Below are positions 20,427 through 31,698 of a stretch of 64,000 bases of DNA, in pieces. The DNA lies in NCBI GenBank assembly GCA_963728565.1, contig CAVSLC010000010.1:96001-160000 (forward strand). The letters run 5' to 3'. Every line of letters begins with the position of its first letter. Position 1 is the first letter of the stretch. Under the pieces are notes generated by a model, which was given only the letters and a program-made list of their open reading frames with translations, did no database searches and was not told the DNA's origin. This stretch comes from an uncultured delta proteobacterium. GTDB lineage: Bacteria; Desulfobacterota; Binatia; UBA9968. The position numbers were made by a program, and so were the translations under genes.

Positions 20427-21004
20427 TTGGTCTCTTTCATCTTTGCGCGATCTTCCGGCGGCAATTGATCCAGGCGCACATTTCGACTGAACTGAAGAGC
20501 GCGAATGTATGCGATGACAGCCCACCGGTCCCGCTCCGAGAGTTGATTTGCATACGAAGGCATCTGGCCAAAACCCTGCGTCATGATCTCGAAGAAATGG
20601 CCCGCCGGGGCATCGCGCAGCCTGGGGTCGTGAAACGATCGCGCCGGCGTAAAACCGCGCCGGACGATCATTCCCTGGCCGGTGCCGAGCCGATCGTGAC
20701 ACGGCGAGCAAAATATTTCATAGCGGTCCTGGCCGCGCCCCAGCACTTCCATGGTCACCTCGAATGGGAAAGCATCGACCAGCTTGCCGTCGACTTTGCT
20801 ATCGAAACGCGCGCCGTTCTGCTCTTTCCCGGCGCGCGCCACCGTGCCCGGCTCGACCGGCCGCGAAGCCATGCCGTCATCAAAAAAGTTGCTTGGCTCT
20901 AATGGTCGCTGGTGCGGCTGATCCGCCATTTGCTGCCGGCAACCGGCAATGGCGAATATCGCCACCGAGGTAAGCATCATCAACTTTTCGAGCAGTTTCA
21001 ACAT
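20423..21004 (-). CDS. actE: Alternative complex III monoheme lipoprotein ActE
   Basis: Lipobox IAGC-RQQM, CSPCH heme motif, DRWAVIAYIRALQ; start approximate. Confidence 0.88.
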   Translation of the reverse strand: MLKLLEKLMMLTSVAIFAIAGCRQQMADQPHQRPLEPSNFFDDGMASRPVEPGTVARAGKEQNGARFDSKVDGKLVDAFPFEVTMEVLGRGQDRYEIFCSPCHDRLGTGQGMIVRRGFTPARSFHDPRLRDAPAGHFFEIMTQGFGQMPSYANQLSERDRWAVIAYIRALQFSRNVRLDQLPPEDRAKMKETK

Positions 21005-21032
21005 AATCAACGATGAGCGCTCAATTTCTTCG

Positions 21033-21572
21033 TCATGGTTCCACTTCATGAATCGAGCTCGGGTTTAAGCTGCGCAAAAATTCCACAGTCTTATCGACAT
21101 CGAACTTCGGATCCGCCGCCTCGATGCATAGGAAAAAACGGTCGCGGCTCGCCAGTGCGAAACGCTCGACGTTGAATACCGGATGATACGGCATCGGCAA
21201 CCCGTTCAATCCGAGCATGCCCAAAACCGCGGCCAGGGCGGCGCCCAGAATTGTCGTCTCGAAAGTGACCGGAATAAAGGCGGGCCAGCTGTTATACGGC
21301 TTGCCCCCGACAATCAGCGGATAGTCGATCACCGATGTCCAATACTGCAGGTAGAAACCGCCGATGCCGCCGAGGAGGCCGCCGATCAGCACGATCAACG
21401 GTAGCTGTGTGCGTTTAAAGCCGATCACTTCGGCCAATCCTTCAACCGGAAACGGGCTGTACGCATCCATCCGCCGGTAGCCGGCGGCGTGGGCGCGCTC
21501 GGCGCCGACGCGGAGCATTTCCGGACTATCGAATTCGGCCATTAGGCCATAAATTAGCGGCGCCTGTTTCAC
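21033..21572 (-). CDS. actD: Alternative complex III subunit ActD (DUF3341)
   Basis: AEFDSPE, DAYSPFPV, GGKPYNSWPAFIPVTFE. Confidence 0.9.
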   Translation of the reverse strand: MKQAPLIYGLMAEFDSPEMLRVGAERAHAAGYRRMDAYSPFPVEGLAEVIGFKRTQLPLIVLIGGLLGGIGGFYLQYWTSVIDYPLIVGGKPYNSWPAFIPVTFETTILGAALAAVLGMLGLNGLPMPYHPVFNVERFALASRDRFFLCIEAADPKFDVDKTVEFLRSLNPSSIHEVEP

Positions 21573-22952
21573 TCAGCTCTCCTCCCGTTCCTCATGCACC
21601 AATTCGCGCATCTCGAAGATTGAGATCATCGGCAGCACCCGGATAAAAAGAAAAAGCAACGAAAGAAAAAGACCCACAGTGCCTATAAACGTGGCCCAGT
21701 CCCAGATGGTCCCCGAATACATGCCCCAGGACGAAGGCAGAAAATCGCGATGAAGGCTGGTGACAACGATGATGTAGCGTTCAAGCCACATACCCAGGCT
21801 GACCACCAGAGAAATGACAAAAAGCAGCGGCACCGATGCGCGCAGCCGTGGCGACCACAGCAGTTGCGGCACCAGGCCATTGCAAATCAGCAGGAGCCAA
21901 TACATAGGCGCATACGGTCCGGTGGCGCGATTGGACATCATGTAAGCCTCATTGGGGTTGGCGCTGTACCAGGCAAAGAATGCCTCCATGATGTAGCCAT
22001 AAAAGACAAACAGCCCGGTGGTCAGCATCACCTTGGCCATGTTGTCGAGGTGGTGCATGGTGATCAGATCTTCGAGCCGGTAGGCAGCGCGCAACGGGAT
22101 CGCCAGGGTCAGCACCATGGCAAAGCCGGCGTAGATCGCTCCGGCGACGAAGTAGGGCGGGAAGATCGTCGAATGCCAGCCCGGCAAAAGGCTCACGGCA
22201 AAATCCAGGCTGACGATGCTGTGAACCGAAATCACCAGCGGTGTCGCCAAGCCGGCGAGCAGCAGGTAAGCGGTTTCATAGCGATGCCAATGAACCGCCG
22301 AGCCGCGCCAGCCCATCGCCAGCATGCCATACGCCATTCGCGCGAAACGGTGCCGGGCGCGGTCGCGCAAGGTCGCCAAGTCCGGGATCAAGCCAATGTA
22401 CCAGAACAGGAAAGAAACGGTGGCGTAGGTCGATACCGCAAAAACATCCCAGACCAGCGGGCTGCGAAACTGCGGCCAGAGGCCCATCGTGTTGGGATAA
22501 GGGAAGAGCCAGTAGGCGAATCCCGGACGACCCAGATGGAGAATTGGATAGAGGCCCGCGCACGCCACGGCGAAAAGCGTCATCGCTTCGGCGAAACGGT
22601 TAATCGAAGTGCGCCAGCGCTGGCGCAGCAGCAGCAGGATCGCCGAGATCAAGGTCCCCGCATGACCGATACCAATCCACCAGACGAAGTTAATAATCGC
22701 AAAGCCCCACGCCACCGGGACATTGACCCCCCAGATGCCGATGCCGCTAATCAACAGATGCGCGACCGCGACAAACAGGAGATTCATCAAAAGAAACGAG
22801 ATGCCGAAACCAATCCACCAACCCTTGGGTGTTTTGCGCGTCAGAACGATCTCGCTGATTTTGTCGGTAATCGAACCGGGAGTATGACCAGGCCCGATCA
22901 CATCGTAGCGACGGTCGCGTGTTCCGGTGTCAGCTGCGGCGGGTTCGGTCAC
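21573..22952 (-). CDS. actC: Alternative complex III NrfD-like subunit ActC
   Basis: [41 protein letters not shown]. Confidence 0.93.
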   Translation of the reverse strand: MTEPAAADTGTRDRRYDVIGPGHTPGSITDKISEIVLTRKTPKGWWIGFGISFLLMNLLFVAVAHLLISGIGIWGVNVPVAWGFAIINFVWWIGIGHAGTLISAILLLLRQRWRTSINRFAEAMTLFAVACAGLYPILHLGRPGFAYWLFPYPNTMGLWPQFRSPLVWDVFAVSTYATVSFLFWYIGLIPDLATLRDRARHRFARMAYGMLAMGWRGSAVHWHRYETAYLLLAGLATPLVISVHSIVSLDFAVSLLPGWHSTIFPPYFVAGAIYAGFAMVLTLAIPLRAAYRLEDLITMHHLDNMAKVMLTTGLFVFYGYIMEAFFAWYSANPNEAYMMSNRATGPYAPMYWLLLICNGLVPQLLWSPRLRASVPLLFVISLVVSLGMWLERYIIVVTSLHRDFLPSSWGMYSGTIWDWATFIGTVGLFLSLLFLFIRVLPMISIFEMRELVHEEREES

Positions 22953-25900
22953 TTTTTCTTGGCTCCGAGGTCCGGATTAGGATTTTTAAGCCGGGCCAGA
23001 TATGTTGTTCGCGGCCGGGTGTTGAGCTCGGCCAGCATTGCATAGTTGAGCGGATCCTTCTTCAGCTTTGACACCGCGGCGCCGGCATCGCTCATATCGC
23101 CGAAGATGATCGCTTCGGTTGGACAAGCCTGCGCGCAGGCGGTGACGACTTCGCCGTCGCGTATCGGTCGATTTTCCTTTTTCGCTTCGATGCGGCCATG
23201 GTTGATCCGTTGCACGCAATACGTACATTTTTCCATAACGCCCCGGCTTCTGACCGTGACGTCGGGGTTGTAACCCAGCTTGCGCACTTCGGTTCGGAAA
23301 TCGGCATACTGATAGAAATTGAAGCGTCGAACTTTATAAGGACAGTTGTTGGAACAATAGCGGGTGCCGACGCAGCGGTTGTAAACCATGTCGTTTAAGC
23401 CCTCGGTGCTGTGTGCCGTGGCGCCTACCGGACAAACCGGTTCACAGGGCGCGTTCTCGCAATGCATGCACGGCACCGGCTGGAACAGAACGTCGGGGTT
23501 TTCCGCGGGCCCTTCGTAGTAACGATCGACTCTCAACCAAAGCATCTCCCGGCCTCGGGCAACTTCCGCTTTGCCGACCACTGGAATGTTGTTTTCCGCT
23601 TGGCAGGCGACGACGCAGGCGTTGCAGCCGATGCATACACTGGTGTCAATCACCATGGCCCAAGCGCTGCCATCGAACTTGTGCTGGGGATAGAGCGACA
23701 AATCGGCCGGCGGTTCATGGGCCATCTCATGAACGAACTCCGGATGCTCACGGAACTGTTCCAAGGTGCCGCTGCGAACCAGGGGCCGTCCTACCATCGT
23801 ATGATGGCCCTGCGTGGTGACAAGATCGTGGCGTCGGCCGGTTTTGCTTATCTGCAAGCCGCCGGCAAACCACGGCTGGCCGGTGGTACGCAGAGGATAA
23901 GCGTTGAAGCCGAGTGCGCTGCCCACCTTGCCGGCGCGGGTGCGGCCATAGCCCAGATGCACGGTGACAGACTGATCAGCTTGGCCCGGGTTGATCCAAA
24001 CCGGCGCGGCGATCGCAGAATCGCCCAAGCGGAGTTCGACGACGTCGCCATTGTGCAATGTCAGACGTTGCGCCGTGCGCGGACTGATCAATGCCGCATT
24101 GTCCCAGGTCATCTTGCTCAACGGTTTCGGCAATTCCTGGAGCCAAGCGTTGTTGGCGAAACGGCCGTCCCAAATCGTCGGATCGGGCCGAAAAACCAGC
24201 TCCAAACCTTCCGCCGCATTTGCCCCAGCAGCGTCCGGCCTCGACGGCGCCGCAGTCTGCGCGCCAACGGCGGCGGTCCTGCGCCTTGCGCCGCTATCGG
24301 GAATAAACCCGTCATGCAAAGCGCGGCGCCACCATTCGTCAAAATCGGCGCCGCCGATGCGGCCGCGCCAGAATTGGCGCACGATGTCATGAGCGGATGT
24401 CTCCGCGCTACCGTTGAGCGCCGCGAATAACTCATGCGGCGATTTGCCGCCATAGAGCGGCGCGATCAACGGCTGCTGAATAGTTACGATGCCGTCGAAG
24501 CTTCGGGCATCGCCCCAGGTCTCCAAGAAATGAGCTTGCGGAACATGCCACTGGCACAGCGCCGAGGTCTCATCTTCATATTCGCCAAAATGCGTGCGAA
24601 ACCGAACTTTAGACAGCGATTCGGCAAAACGCAGATCCGCCGGCGCGCTGTAAACCGGGTTAGTTCCGATGATGAACAGCGCTTCGACAGCGCCTTGCGC
24701 CATGTCGCGCGCGAGCCCTTGGAGGGAGCTTGCGCCGCCGTCGAGTGATTCCTCGGCAGGCTCGGCATAAACCACCGTGGTCCCGACGTTGCCAAGCAGT
24801 TGGTTCATCGAGTGGGCTAGAGCGTGCACCCCGGGGGGCTGAAATTCGCCGGCGATAACCAGGCTCGAGCCGCGATGCTGTTGCAGGTCTGCGGCAACCG
24901 TGTCGATCCAGGCTTTGTACGGCGCAAGTTCTTGAGCATCCTCGGCGCCGGGCTGTTTGGCGCCCAGGCGGCGCGCCACCGCCTGCGCCAGCGATCCGAT
25001 CCGGCCCGCGGCTATGGCGAGGCGATGATCCGCGATTGACCCGGTTATCGACGGCGTCGGTTCGGCGACATAGAGCCGATTTATTTCCGCCTGCTCGCCG
25101 CGCACTTTTCTGCGATTGGAGAAATCACGCGCATAGCGAAGTGAGCCGGGCTCGCTGAAGAGAAAATCCGAGTCCAGTGAGAGAATTACATCGGCGCCAT
25201 CGAAACGGTAAAGGCTCTCGGCTTCCTGTCCCAGGGCGATCCGAGCGCCGTCGCGAGTGTTATCGCGCGACACCGGTTCGTAGGCATGCCACTTTGCCTG
25301 CGGGAATTGCTTTAACAGAGTCCTGATCTGTTCTCCCAGAGTCGGCGAGGTTACGGTGCCTGTGAGCAAGCGCAGCCCCGCTCCTCCTGACCGGGCGCAG
25401 GGAATCAAGTCGCGTGCGCGCCGTCCGGACGAAGTCCTCCCAGGTGGTGATGGCGCTGGAGTGGCGCACGACTTGAGAACGTTCCGGATCGTAAAGGCTT
25501 AGAATCGATGCCTGGATGAATGGGTTGGTGCCGCCCAAACTCGCCGGATGCTGCGGGTTGCCTTCAATCTTGATCGGCCTGCCTTCATAGCTCTTGACCA
25601 GAATCCCGGTCGCAACTCCTGCCAGTGTGAATGCGCTGGCGTAATCGAGAGTTTCACCGGCGGTGCGCTCCTCGGGAGACTGAACGTAGGGGACGATTTG
25701 CTCGGTGGGCCGCTCAGCGCATGCGCCGAGACCGGCCAGAGCCAGTGAAGCGCCCATGATCCGTAAAAACTCGCGCCGGCTCAGTCCATTGCTCAACAAC
25801 GAAGCGGCGCCGGGAAACTCTCCTTCGACAATTCGCTCGAATTCATCGCTTTGCGCCAGCTCTTCCAAGCTGCGCCAGTAGCGCCGGCCCTGCAGTCCGG

Positions 25901-25955
25901 ACAGCCGCTGGCGCCATTGCGTGGCGACTTGATTCGTGGTTCCGAGTTGACTCAC
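22949..25955 (-). CDS. actB: Alternative complex III subunit ActB (molybdopterin-fold plus Fe-S; one frameshift near 25390)
   Basis: YWRSLEE, Tat motif SRREFL and [10 protein letters not shown] in ORF 25260..25955. Continues in 22949..25408 with [44 protein letters not shown]. Confidence 0.9.
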
Positions 25956-25965
25956 CTGGTTATCC

Positions 25966-26622
25966 TCATCTATGGCAAACCGAGCAGTCGGTTAGCTGTT
26001 CAGTGCGAACGTTGTATTTTCGAACCAGCTCCATGCCGAGCTCCGACTGGTTCGCCGGCGCAGTCCAGGACATGTTGAAGACTTCCTCGCGGGGACGGAG
26101 GTATTGCTCGGGATTGCGATGACAATCCAGGCACCATTCCATCAGCAGCGATTTTTCCTGGGCAACCAGCGGCATCTGATCGACCGCTCCATGACAAGTC
26201 GCGCAGCCGACGCCCTTGTTCACATGGATGCTGTGATTGAAATAGGCAAACTCCGCCAGGTTGTGAACCCGGGTCCAGCGCAGCGGTCGACCGGTGCGGT
26301 AACTTTCGCGCACCGGTTCGAGCATCGGACTGTTAGTCCAAATCTGTGAATGGCAATTCATGCAGATCGACGTTGACGGAATCCCCGCGAATGCGCTTTG
26401 CTCCACTGCGGTGTGGCAATATCGGCAATCGATGCCGAGCCCGCTGACATGATGCTTGTGGCTGAACGGGACTGGTTGCGGGCGCACCACGTTTGCCTGA
26501 GTGACATAAGATGATCGGTTCAGCTCCGCGAGTAGCCATAAGAGCCCGCCGATCAGAAACACGGCGCCAAAAATAGTTAATTTGGAGACCGTGTTGGTGC
26601 TGGGATGAAATATTTGAGCCAT
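25966..26622 (-). CDS. actA: Alternative complex III pentaheme cytochrome c ActA
   Basis: Five CxxCH motifs (CRYCH, CMNCH, CATCH, CLDCH, CSVCH), QPVPFSHKHH, N-terminal TM. Confidence 0.93.
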   Translation of the reverse strand: MAQIFHPSTNTVSKLTIFGAVFLIGGLLWLLAELNRSSYVTQANVVRPQPVPFSHKHHVSGLGIDCRYCHTAVEQSAFAGIPSTSICMNCHSQIWTNSPMLEPVRESYRTGRPLRWTRVHNLAEFAYFNHSIHVNKGVGCATCHGAVDQMPLVAQEKSLLMEWCLDCHRNPEQYLRPREEVFNMSWTAPANQSELGMELVRKYNVRTEQLTDCSVCHR

Positions 26623-26635
26623 TCACCCGCTGTGA

Positions 26636-27139
26636 TTAAGGTTTGCGCCCGGTTGCGCTCCAGGCGATGTTGCGCTTTTCGTCGTACATAACGATCGCGG
26701 GAAGCTCGTCAGGATCAAGGCCGATGCCCATGCGCAGATTGCCTTGGCTGTCGGCCAATCCCATGTCCGGCGAACCGGCGTCCTTCAAACCCACAATCAG
26801 CCGCGGTTTTCCATTGGCATCGCCGAACGCAATGCCGGCGTTGCCGTCGTTGGCCACTTTGAATTCAGCGCGAATCTTGCCGCTCTGATCCGCCAAAACC
26901 AGAGTCGATGCTTCCGTCTTGCTGTCCACGGCGAGGGTGCCGCGCACATTGCCGCTCTTGTCTCGCAAAACGAAACTTTGCGCTTCGACGACGCTTGCCA
27001 CGTTGGGCTTGCTTTGACCCATAAGGAAGGCGGCCATAATCAAGACGGCGAGGCCCACGCTCGTGAGGCGATAACGAAAATTCTGCTGCTCGAGATTTGC
27101 CAGCCGCTGGAGAATTTCTGCGGTTTCTAAGTCAGCCAT
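26636..27139 (-). CDS. Hypothetical single-TM protein with repeated L-x-D-x-x-G-x-x-R beta-hairpins
   Basis: GAGGA RBS; 167 aa; 13-16 bp gaps to both neighbours. Confidence 0.7.
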   Translation of the reverse strand: MADLETAEILQRLANLEQQNFRYRLTSVGLAVLIMAAFLMGQSKPNVASVVEAQSFVLRDKSGNVRGTLAVDSKTEASTLVLADQSGKIRAEFKVANDGNAGIAFGDANGKPRLIVGLKDAGSPDMGLADSQGNLRMGIGLDPDELPAIVMYDEKRNIAWSATGRKP

Positions 27140-27155
27140 TTCTGATCCTCGGCGA

Positions 27156-28450
27156 TTAAAGTTCGAGTAACATCCGCACCGGATCCTCGACCGCTGTTTT
27201 TATCTGTTTTAAAAAGGTGACCGCCTCGCGCCCGTCGATGAGGCGATGATCGTAGCTCAAGGCCACATACATCATCGGCCGGATTACAACAGCGCCGTCA
27301 CGCGCCACCGGCCGCTCCTGCATCGCGTGCATTCCCAGGATAGCGCTCTGCGGCGGGTTGATAATCGGCGTTGACAGCAGCGATCCGTAAACGCCGCCGT
27401 TAGTGATCGTAAAAGTACCGCCTTGCAATTCGTCCGGCTTCAACTTGTTCTCCCGAGCGCGGCGGGCAAAGTCGCCGATGGCGATTTCGATTGCCGCAAA
27501 GCTCATGCTTTGGGCATCGCGCAGCACCGGCACGACCAGCCCGCGCCCGCCGCCCACGGCTACGCCAATGTCGAAATAGTTCCGGTACACGATACTACCG
27601 TCGCGTATTTCCGCGTTGACCTCCGGAATAAGCTTGAGCGCTTCAATTGCCGCTCTGACAAAAAAAGACATCAAGCCGAGTCTGACGTTGTATTTTTCCT
27701 TGAAAGCATCTTGATGGATCTGCCGCAGCTGATTGACGATCGACATGTCGATCTCGTTAAAAGTCGTCAGCAGGGCGGCAGTTTGCTGTGCCTGGACTAA
27801 CCGTTCGGCAAGTCGGCGGCGCAACTGGCTCATCGGCACGAGTTTTTCCTGCCGCTCGCTTCGGCTATCCCTGGCAATAGGCGATACTGAAATCTCGGCA
27901 GGCCGCGTCTGCTCTGACGGCGCCTCACGATCGGGAACCGATGGCCTGGCCTCTAGCTCAATTTCAGCGCCTTGGGTTGGTCGCGGCCGGCGCGCTCGTT
28001 TGGCCTTGTTGCGGCGGTTGCTCGATGAAAACTTGCAGTGGGCTCAGTAGCGCTGGGTCGCGCATCCGGCCCGTCCTCGGAATCCGCTTCGCCGGCGCTG
28101 ACCGGCTGTTCCGGCTTGGTTACTTTAGCCCGGCGGCCCTTTGGTTTTTTTGCTTCCGATGATTCAGCGACGCTCGTCTGATCTTCTCCAGCTCCATCGA
28201 CACTGGTATCTCCAGCCTGGTCCAGATGGCCGATAACTTCGCCGACTTGCGCGGTTTCTCCGCTGGCTTTTAAAATCTTGCTGAGCCTGCCTGCTTGCGG
28301 CGCAACAATTTCAACCGTCGCCTTGTCGGTTTCGATGACGACGAGATCCTCATCCTGCTGCACCGAGTCGCCGACGGCTTTGAGCCAATCACCAATTTCA
28401 ACCTCGGTGATTGATTCGCCGACCTCGGGAACCTTAACCTCAATGGTCAT
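27156..28450 (-). CDS. sucB: 2-oxoglutarate dehydrogenase E2 dihydrolipoyl succinyltransferase (frameshift in linker, about 27955-28046)
   Basis: Lipoyl domain [10 protein letters not shown]...ETDKA; catalytic domain [27 protein letters not shown]. Confidence 0.88.
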
Positions 28451-28502
28451 TGCCCACCTTATGGAATTGACCGGTCCTCAACAGCATTAAAGCTAGCGCT
28501 CG

Positions 28503-31292
28503 CTACTGGTTTCCGAAAGCGGCGGCCAGCAGCTCGGTTTGTTGCTGATGATGCCGGCTTGCCGAGCCGGTTGCCGGACTGGCGGAAGCGGCGCGCGCGA
28601 CCACCGAAAAAGGAAATCGATCGAAAAGCTTGTTGCCGAGCTGAAGGTGCCAAAAGCATGCGGCGCCCATGTTGCGAGGTTCTTCTTGAATCCACACTAC
28701 CGGCGTGCCGGCGCCGTAGCCTTGCAGAACCCCCCGCAGCCGCTCTTCCGGCACCGGATAAAATTGCTCGATGCGCACGATGGCGACGTCATCGCGGTTC
28801 ATCTCCGCGCGCCTTTTCTCCAGGTCGTAATAAACTTTGCCGCTGCACAAGAGAATTCTCCGACAATCCTGGCGCCCGCTAAGATCGCCGATGACGGTTT
28901 CAAACTCTCCATCAGCCAAGGCGTCGAGATCGGAGACTGCCCCCGGATGACGCAGCAAACTTTTGGGAGTCATAATCACCAACGGCTTACGCCATCTGCG
29001 CAGCACTTGTCGGCGCAGGCAATGAAAGTATTGCGCTGGCGTTGTCGGATAAACCACCTGGAGATTATCCTTGGAGCAAAGCTGCAGAAACCGTTCGATG
29101 CGCGCGCTCGAGTGCTCCGGTCCCATGCCTTCAAAGCCATGCGGGAGTAACAAAACCAAGCCGCTCAGCCTGCGCCATTTTTCTTCGGCGCTGGTGATGA
29201 ATTGGTCGATGATGACTTGCGCGGCATTGACGAAATCGCCGAACTGCGCTTCCCACAAAGTCAGAGCCTCGGGATAGTCAAGACTGTAGCCGTATTCGAA
29301 ACCCAATACGCCGGTTTCGGAAAGCGGGCTGTTGATGATCTCCACCGGAGCTTGCCCGCGCTGCAGGTGCTGCAGCGGAACATAGGCGTGCCCATCGTGG
29401 TAATCACGCAGCACCCCATGGCGATGGCTGAAAGTCCCGCGCGCGCTGTCCTGCCCGGACAAGCGTACCCTGATTCCTTGGACGGCCAAACTCGCAAACG
29501 CCAAGGCTTCTGCTGCGGACCAGTCGATGGGCCGTGTTCCACGGGCCATTTCCTGACGCAGCTCTAGCCCGCGTTTGATCTTTGGGTGCGGCTGAAAATC
29601 TTTAGGGATGCGCGCCAGAGCTTCAAGCAATGCCGAGAGCCGTTCTCGCTTCACCGCCGTGGGGACCGGTGCTGCTGCCGGTTCGAGTCCGCCGGAATAC
29701 CCGGCCCAGAAGCTGCCAAAACTCTGCGGCGTCGGAACGGCGCTGGTGCTGCGCGCCTGCGCCAATTCGTTCTCCAAATCGCTCCGGCGCTGCGCCACCA
29801 ACCGGTTTGCTTCACCGGCATCGATGATTTTTTCCCGCAGCAGTTTTTCCAAATAGAGATCGCGCACCGGCCGATGCTTCTTAATCGCTTGATAGAGTCT
29901 CGGTTGCGTAAACGTCGGTTCATCGCCCTCGTTGTGGCCCCAGCGGCGATAGCCATACATATCGATCACCGCATCGCGTTTGAACGTGCGCCGGAAATCC
30001 ATCGCCAGGCCGACGACCTGCGCGACCGCTTCGGGATCATCGCCGTTGACGTGAAAAATAGGCACCTGCAACATCTTGGCAATGTCGGTGGCGTAACGGC
30101 TGGAGCGCGCTTCTTTCGGGGATGTCGTGAAACCGATTTGGTTGTTTATCACCACGTGCAGCACACCGCCGATGCTATAGCCCTCCAGCTGACTCAGGTT
30201 GAGGGTTTCCTGAGTCACTCCTTCGCCGGCGAAAGCCGCGTCGCCATGAATCAGCAGCGCCATGCCACGGCCGTGTTGCTGGTCGCCCGTACGGTCCTGC
30301 TTGGCGCGCATACGTCCGATCGCTACCGGATTAACGAACTCGAGATGGCTCGGGTTGAAACAAAGGGAAAGATGTATTTTCTTCCCGGACGCGGTTTCGT
30401 AGTCATTGCTGTAGCCCAGGTGGTATTTCACATCGCCGCCGCCACTCTCGGCGGTGAGAGGATCGTCGAATTCACGAAAAATCTCCCACGCACTCTTGCC
30501 GATAATATTGGCGAGGACATTCAAGCGGCCGCGGTGGGCCATCGCCAGGACGATTTCCTGCAAACCGTCACGCGCCGCGTGATCGATGGCAAAATCCAGC
30601 AGCGGTATGAGGCTTTCGGCGCCTTCCAGTGAAAAGCTTTTGGCGCCAACGAATTTTTTTCTGACGAATTCTTCGAACGTCACCGCGTCGGTGAGACGCG
30701 CGAGAATCCTCAGCTTTTGCTTATGATCCAGCTCAAGGTGATTTTGGCTTTCTTCCATGCGCCGCTGCAGCCAATTTCGAATTGCCGGCTCGTCGATATG
30801 CATGAACTCGACACCGATGGCGCCGCAGTAAGTACGACGCAACCGTTCGACAATCTCGCCGATAGTCAACGGGCCGTTCCAGGGCAACCCAACGGCGGGA
30901 AAAAGCCGCTTCATGTCATCGACGGTGAGGCCGTAAAACTCCGGGTCGAGAGAAGGTTGCGGATCATTGGATAAGCCGAGCGGATCGATGCTGGCCGCTT
31001 TATGCCCAAGACTGCGAAACGCTCTGATCATCTCGTTGACTTGTTCTTGTAAGGTAGAGGCGCGGGACGCGACGCTGGTTGCCGAGCCGCTTGCATGCGC
31101 GACGCCGCCATTGCTTTCACTGCTCGGCGGCATCGGCGTGGTTTGGCCGTCGGAGCCATCGCCGTTGAGCGCGGCGAAGTAGGCGCGCCAGTCCTGATCT
31201 ACCGATGATGGATCGACAACGTAAGCGGCGTAAAGCGCTTCTATATAAGCCAGATTAGCTGAATTGGAGACCTGTTGGATCCTGCTGTTCAT
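28503..31292 (-). CDS. sucA: 2-oxoglutarate dehydrogenase E1 component
   Basis: MAHRGRLN, GDVKYH, NPSHLE, HGDAAFAGEG TPP motif, WEAQFGDF, GPEHSSAR. Confidence 0.96.
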   Translation of the reverse strand: MNSRIQQVSNSANLAYIEALYAAYVVDPSSVDQDWRAYFAALNGDGSDGQTTPMPPSSESNGGVAHASGSATSVASRASTLQEQVNEMIRAFRSLGHKAASIDPLGLSNDPQPSLDPEFYGLTVDDMKRLFPAVGLPWNGPLTIGEIVERLRRTYCGAIGVEFMHIDEPAIRNWLQRRMEESQNHLELDHKQKLRILARLTDAVTFEEFVRKKFVGAKSFSLEGAESLIPLLDFAIDHAARDGLQEIVLAMAHRGRLNVLANIIGKSAWEIFREFDDPLTAESGGGDVKYHLGYSNDYETASGKKIHLSLCFNPSHLEFVNPVAIGRMRAKQDRTGDQQHGRGMALLIHGDAAFAGEGVTQETLNLSQLEGYSIGGVLHVVINNQIGFTTSPKEARSSRYATDIAKMLQVPIFHVNGDDPEAVAQVVGLAMDFRRTFKRDAVIDMYGYRRWGHNEGDEPTFTQPRLYQAIKKHRPVRDLYLEKLLREKIIDAGEANRLVAQRRSDLENELAQARSTSAVPTPQSFGSFWAGYSGGLEPAAAPVPTAVKRERLSALLEALARIPKDFQPHPKIKRGLELRQEMARGTRPIDWSAAEALAFASLAVQGIRVRLSGQDSARGTFSHRHGVLRDYHDGHAYVPLQHLQRGQAPVEIINSPLSETGVLGFEYGYSLDYPEALTLWEAQFGDFVNAAQVIIDQFITSAEEKWRRLSGLVLLLPHGFEGMGPEHSSARIERFLQLCSKDNLQVVYPTTPAQYFHCLRRQVLRRWRKPLVIMTPKSLLRHPGAVSDLDALADGEFETVIGDLSGRQDCRRILLCSGKVYYDLEKRRAEMNRDDVAIVRIEQFYPVPEERLRGVLQGYGAGTPVVWIQEEPRNMGAACFWHLQLGNKLFDRFPFSVVARAASASPATGSASRHHQQQTELLAAAFGNQ

Positions 31293-31470
31293 GATCGCAT
31301 CAAATCAGAAAAAAAATTCCAATCAACAGACAAGATTCTTCCCGGAATAGAGTTGGGCAATTGGCGCCGAGGTATTCATGAGCCTCTATTTGGTTAGGGG
31401 AGCGATGGAGTATGTCAATATGAAGCGCCGGTCACCACGCCGGTGTTAACAGTTTGCTAATCAAAAATTC

Positions 31471-31486
31471 AGCAAGGTATATGCCA
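31471..31486 (-). promoter_or_regulatory. sigma54 promoter for the sucA-act-cta operon
   Basis: Minus strand TGGCATATACCTTGCT (GG-N10-GC, TTGC). Confidence 0.75.
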
Positions 31487-31623
31487 CGACCTGTGCGTCG
31501 CTTGTCGTATGACAACTTTTGGGTTGGCGATCATGCGTCCTGCTGCCGCTACAACGAGAGTGCTTCCTGTCCGATCCGCGCTACATGAGAATCACGGAGC
31601 TGCGTTCTGTCTCCTAAAGACAA

Positions 31624-31639
31624 TGGCATATTTGTTGCG
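31624..31639 (+). promoter_or_regulatory. sigma54 promoter for the sigma70-family gene
   Basis: TGGCATATTTGTTGCG (GG-N10-GC, TTGC), 60 bp upstream of the ATG at 31699. Confidence 0.78.
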
Positions 31640-31698
31640 CTCCTCAAACGCGTCTCATCCTGCCTGTGTGTTGTTGTTTTGCCGAGGAGTTGATTACG

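Noticed and set aside
21750-23045. Long plus-strand ORFs opposite actC, actB and sucA (also 23411..24430 and 29586..30632)
   Set aside because: Typical antisense ORFs of GC-rich coding DNA; no motifs or RBS
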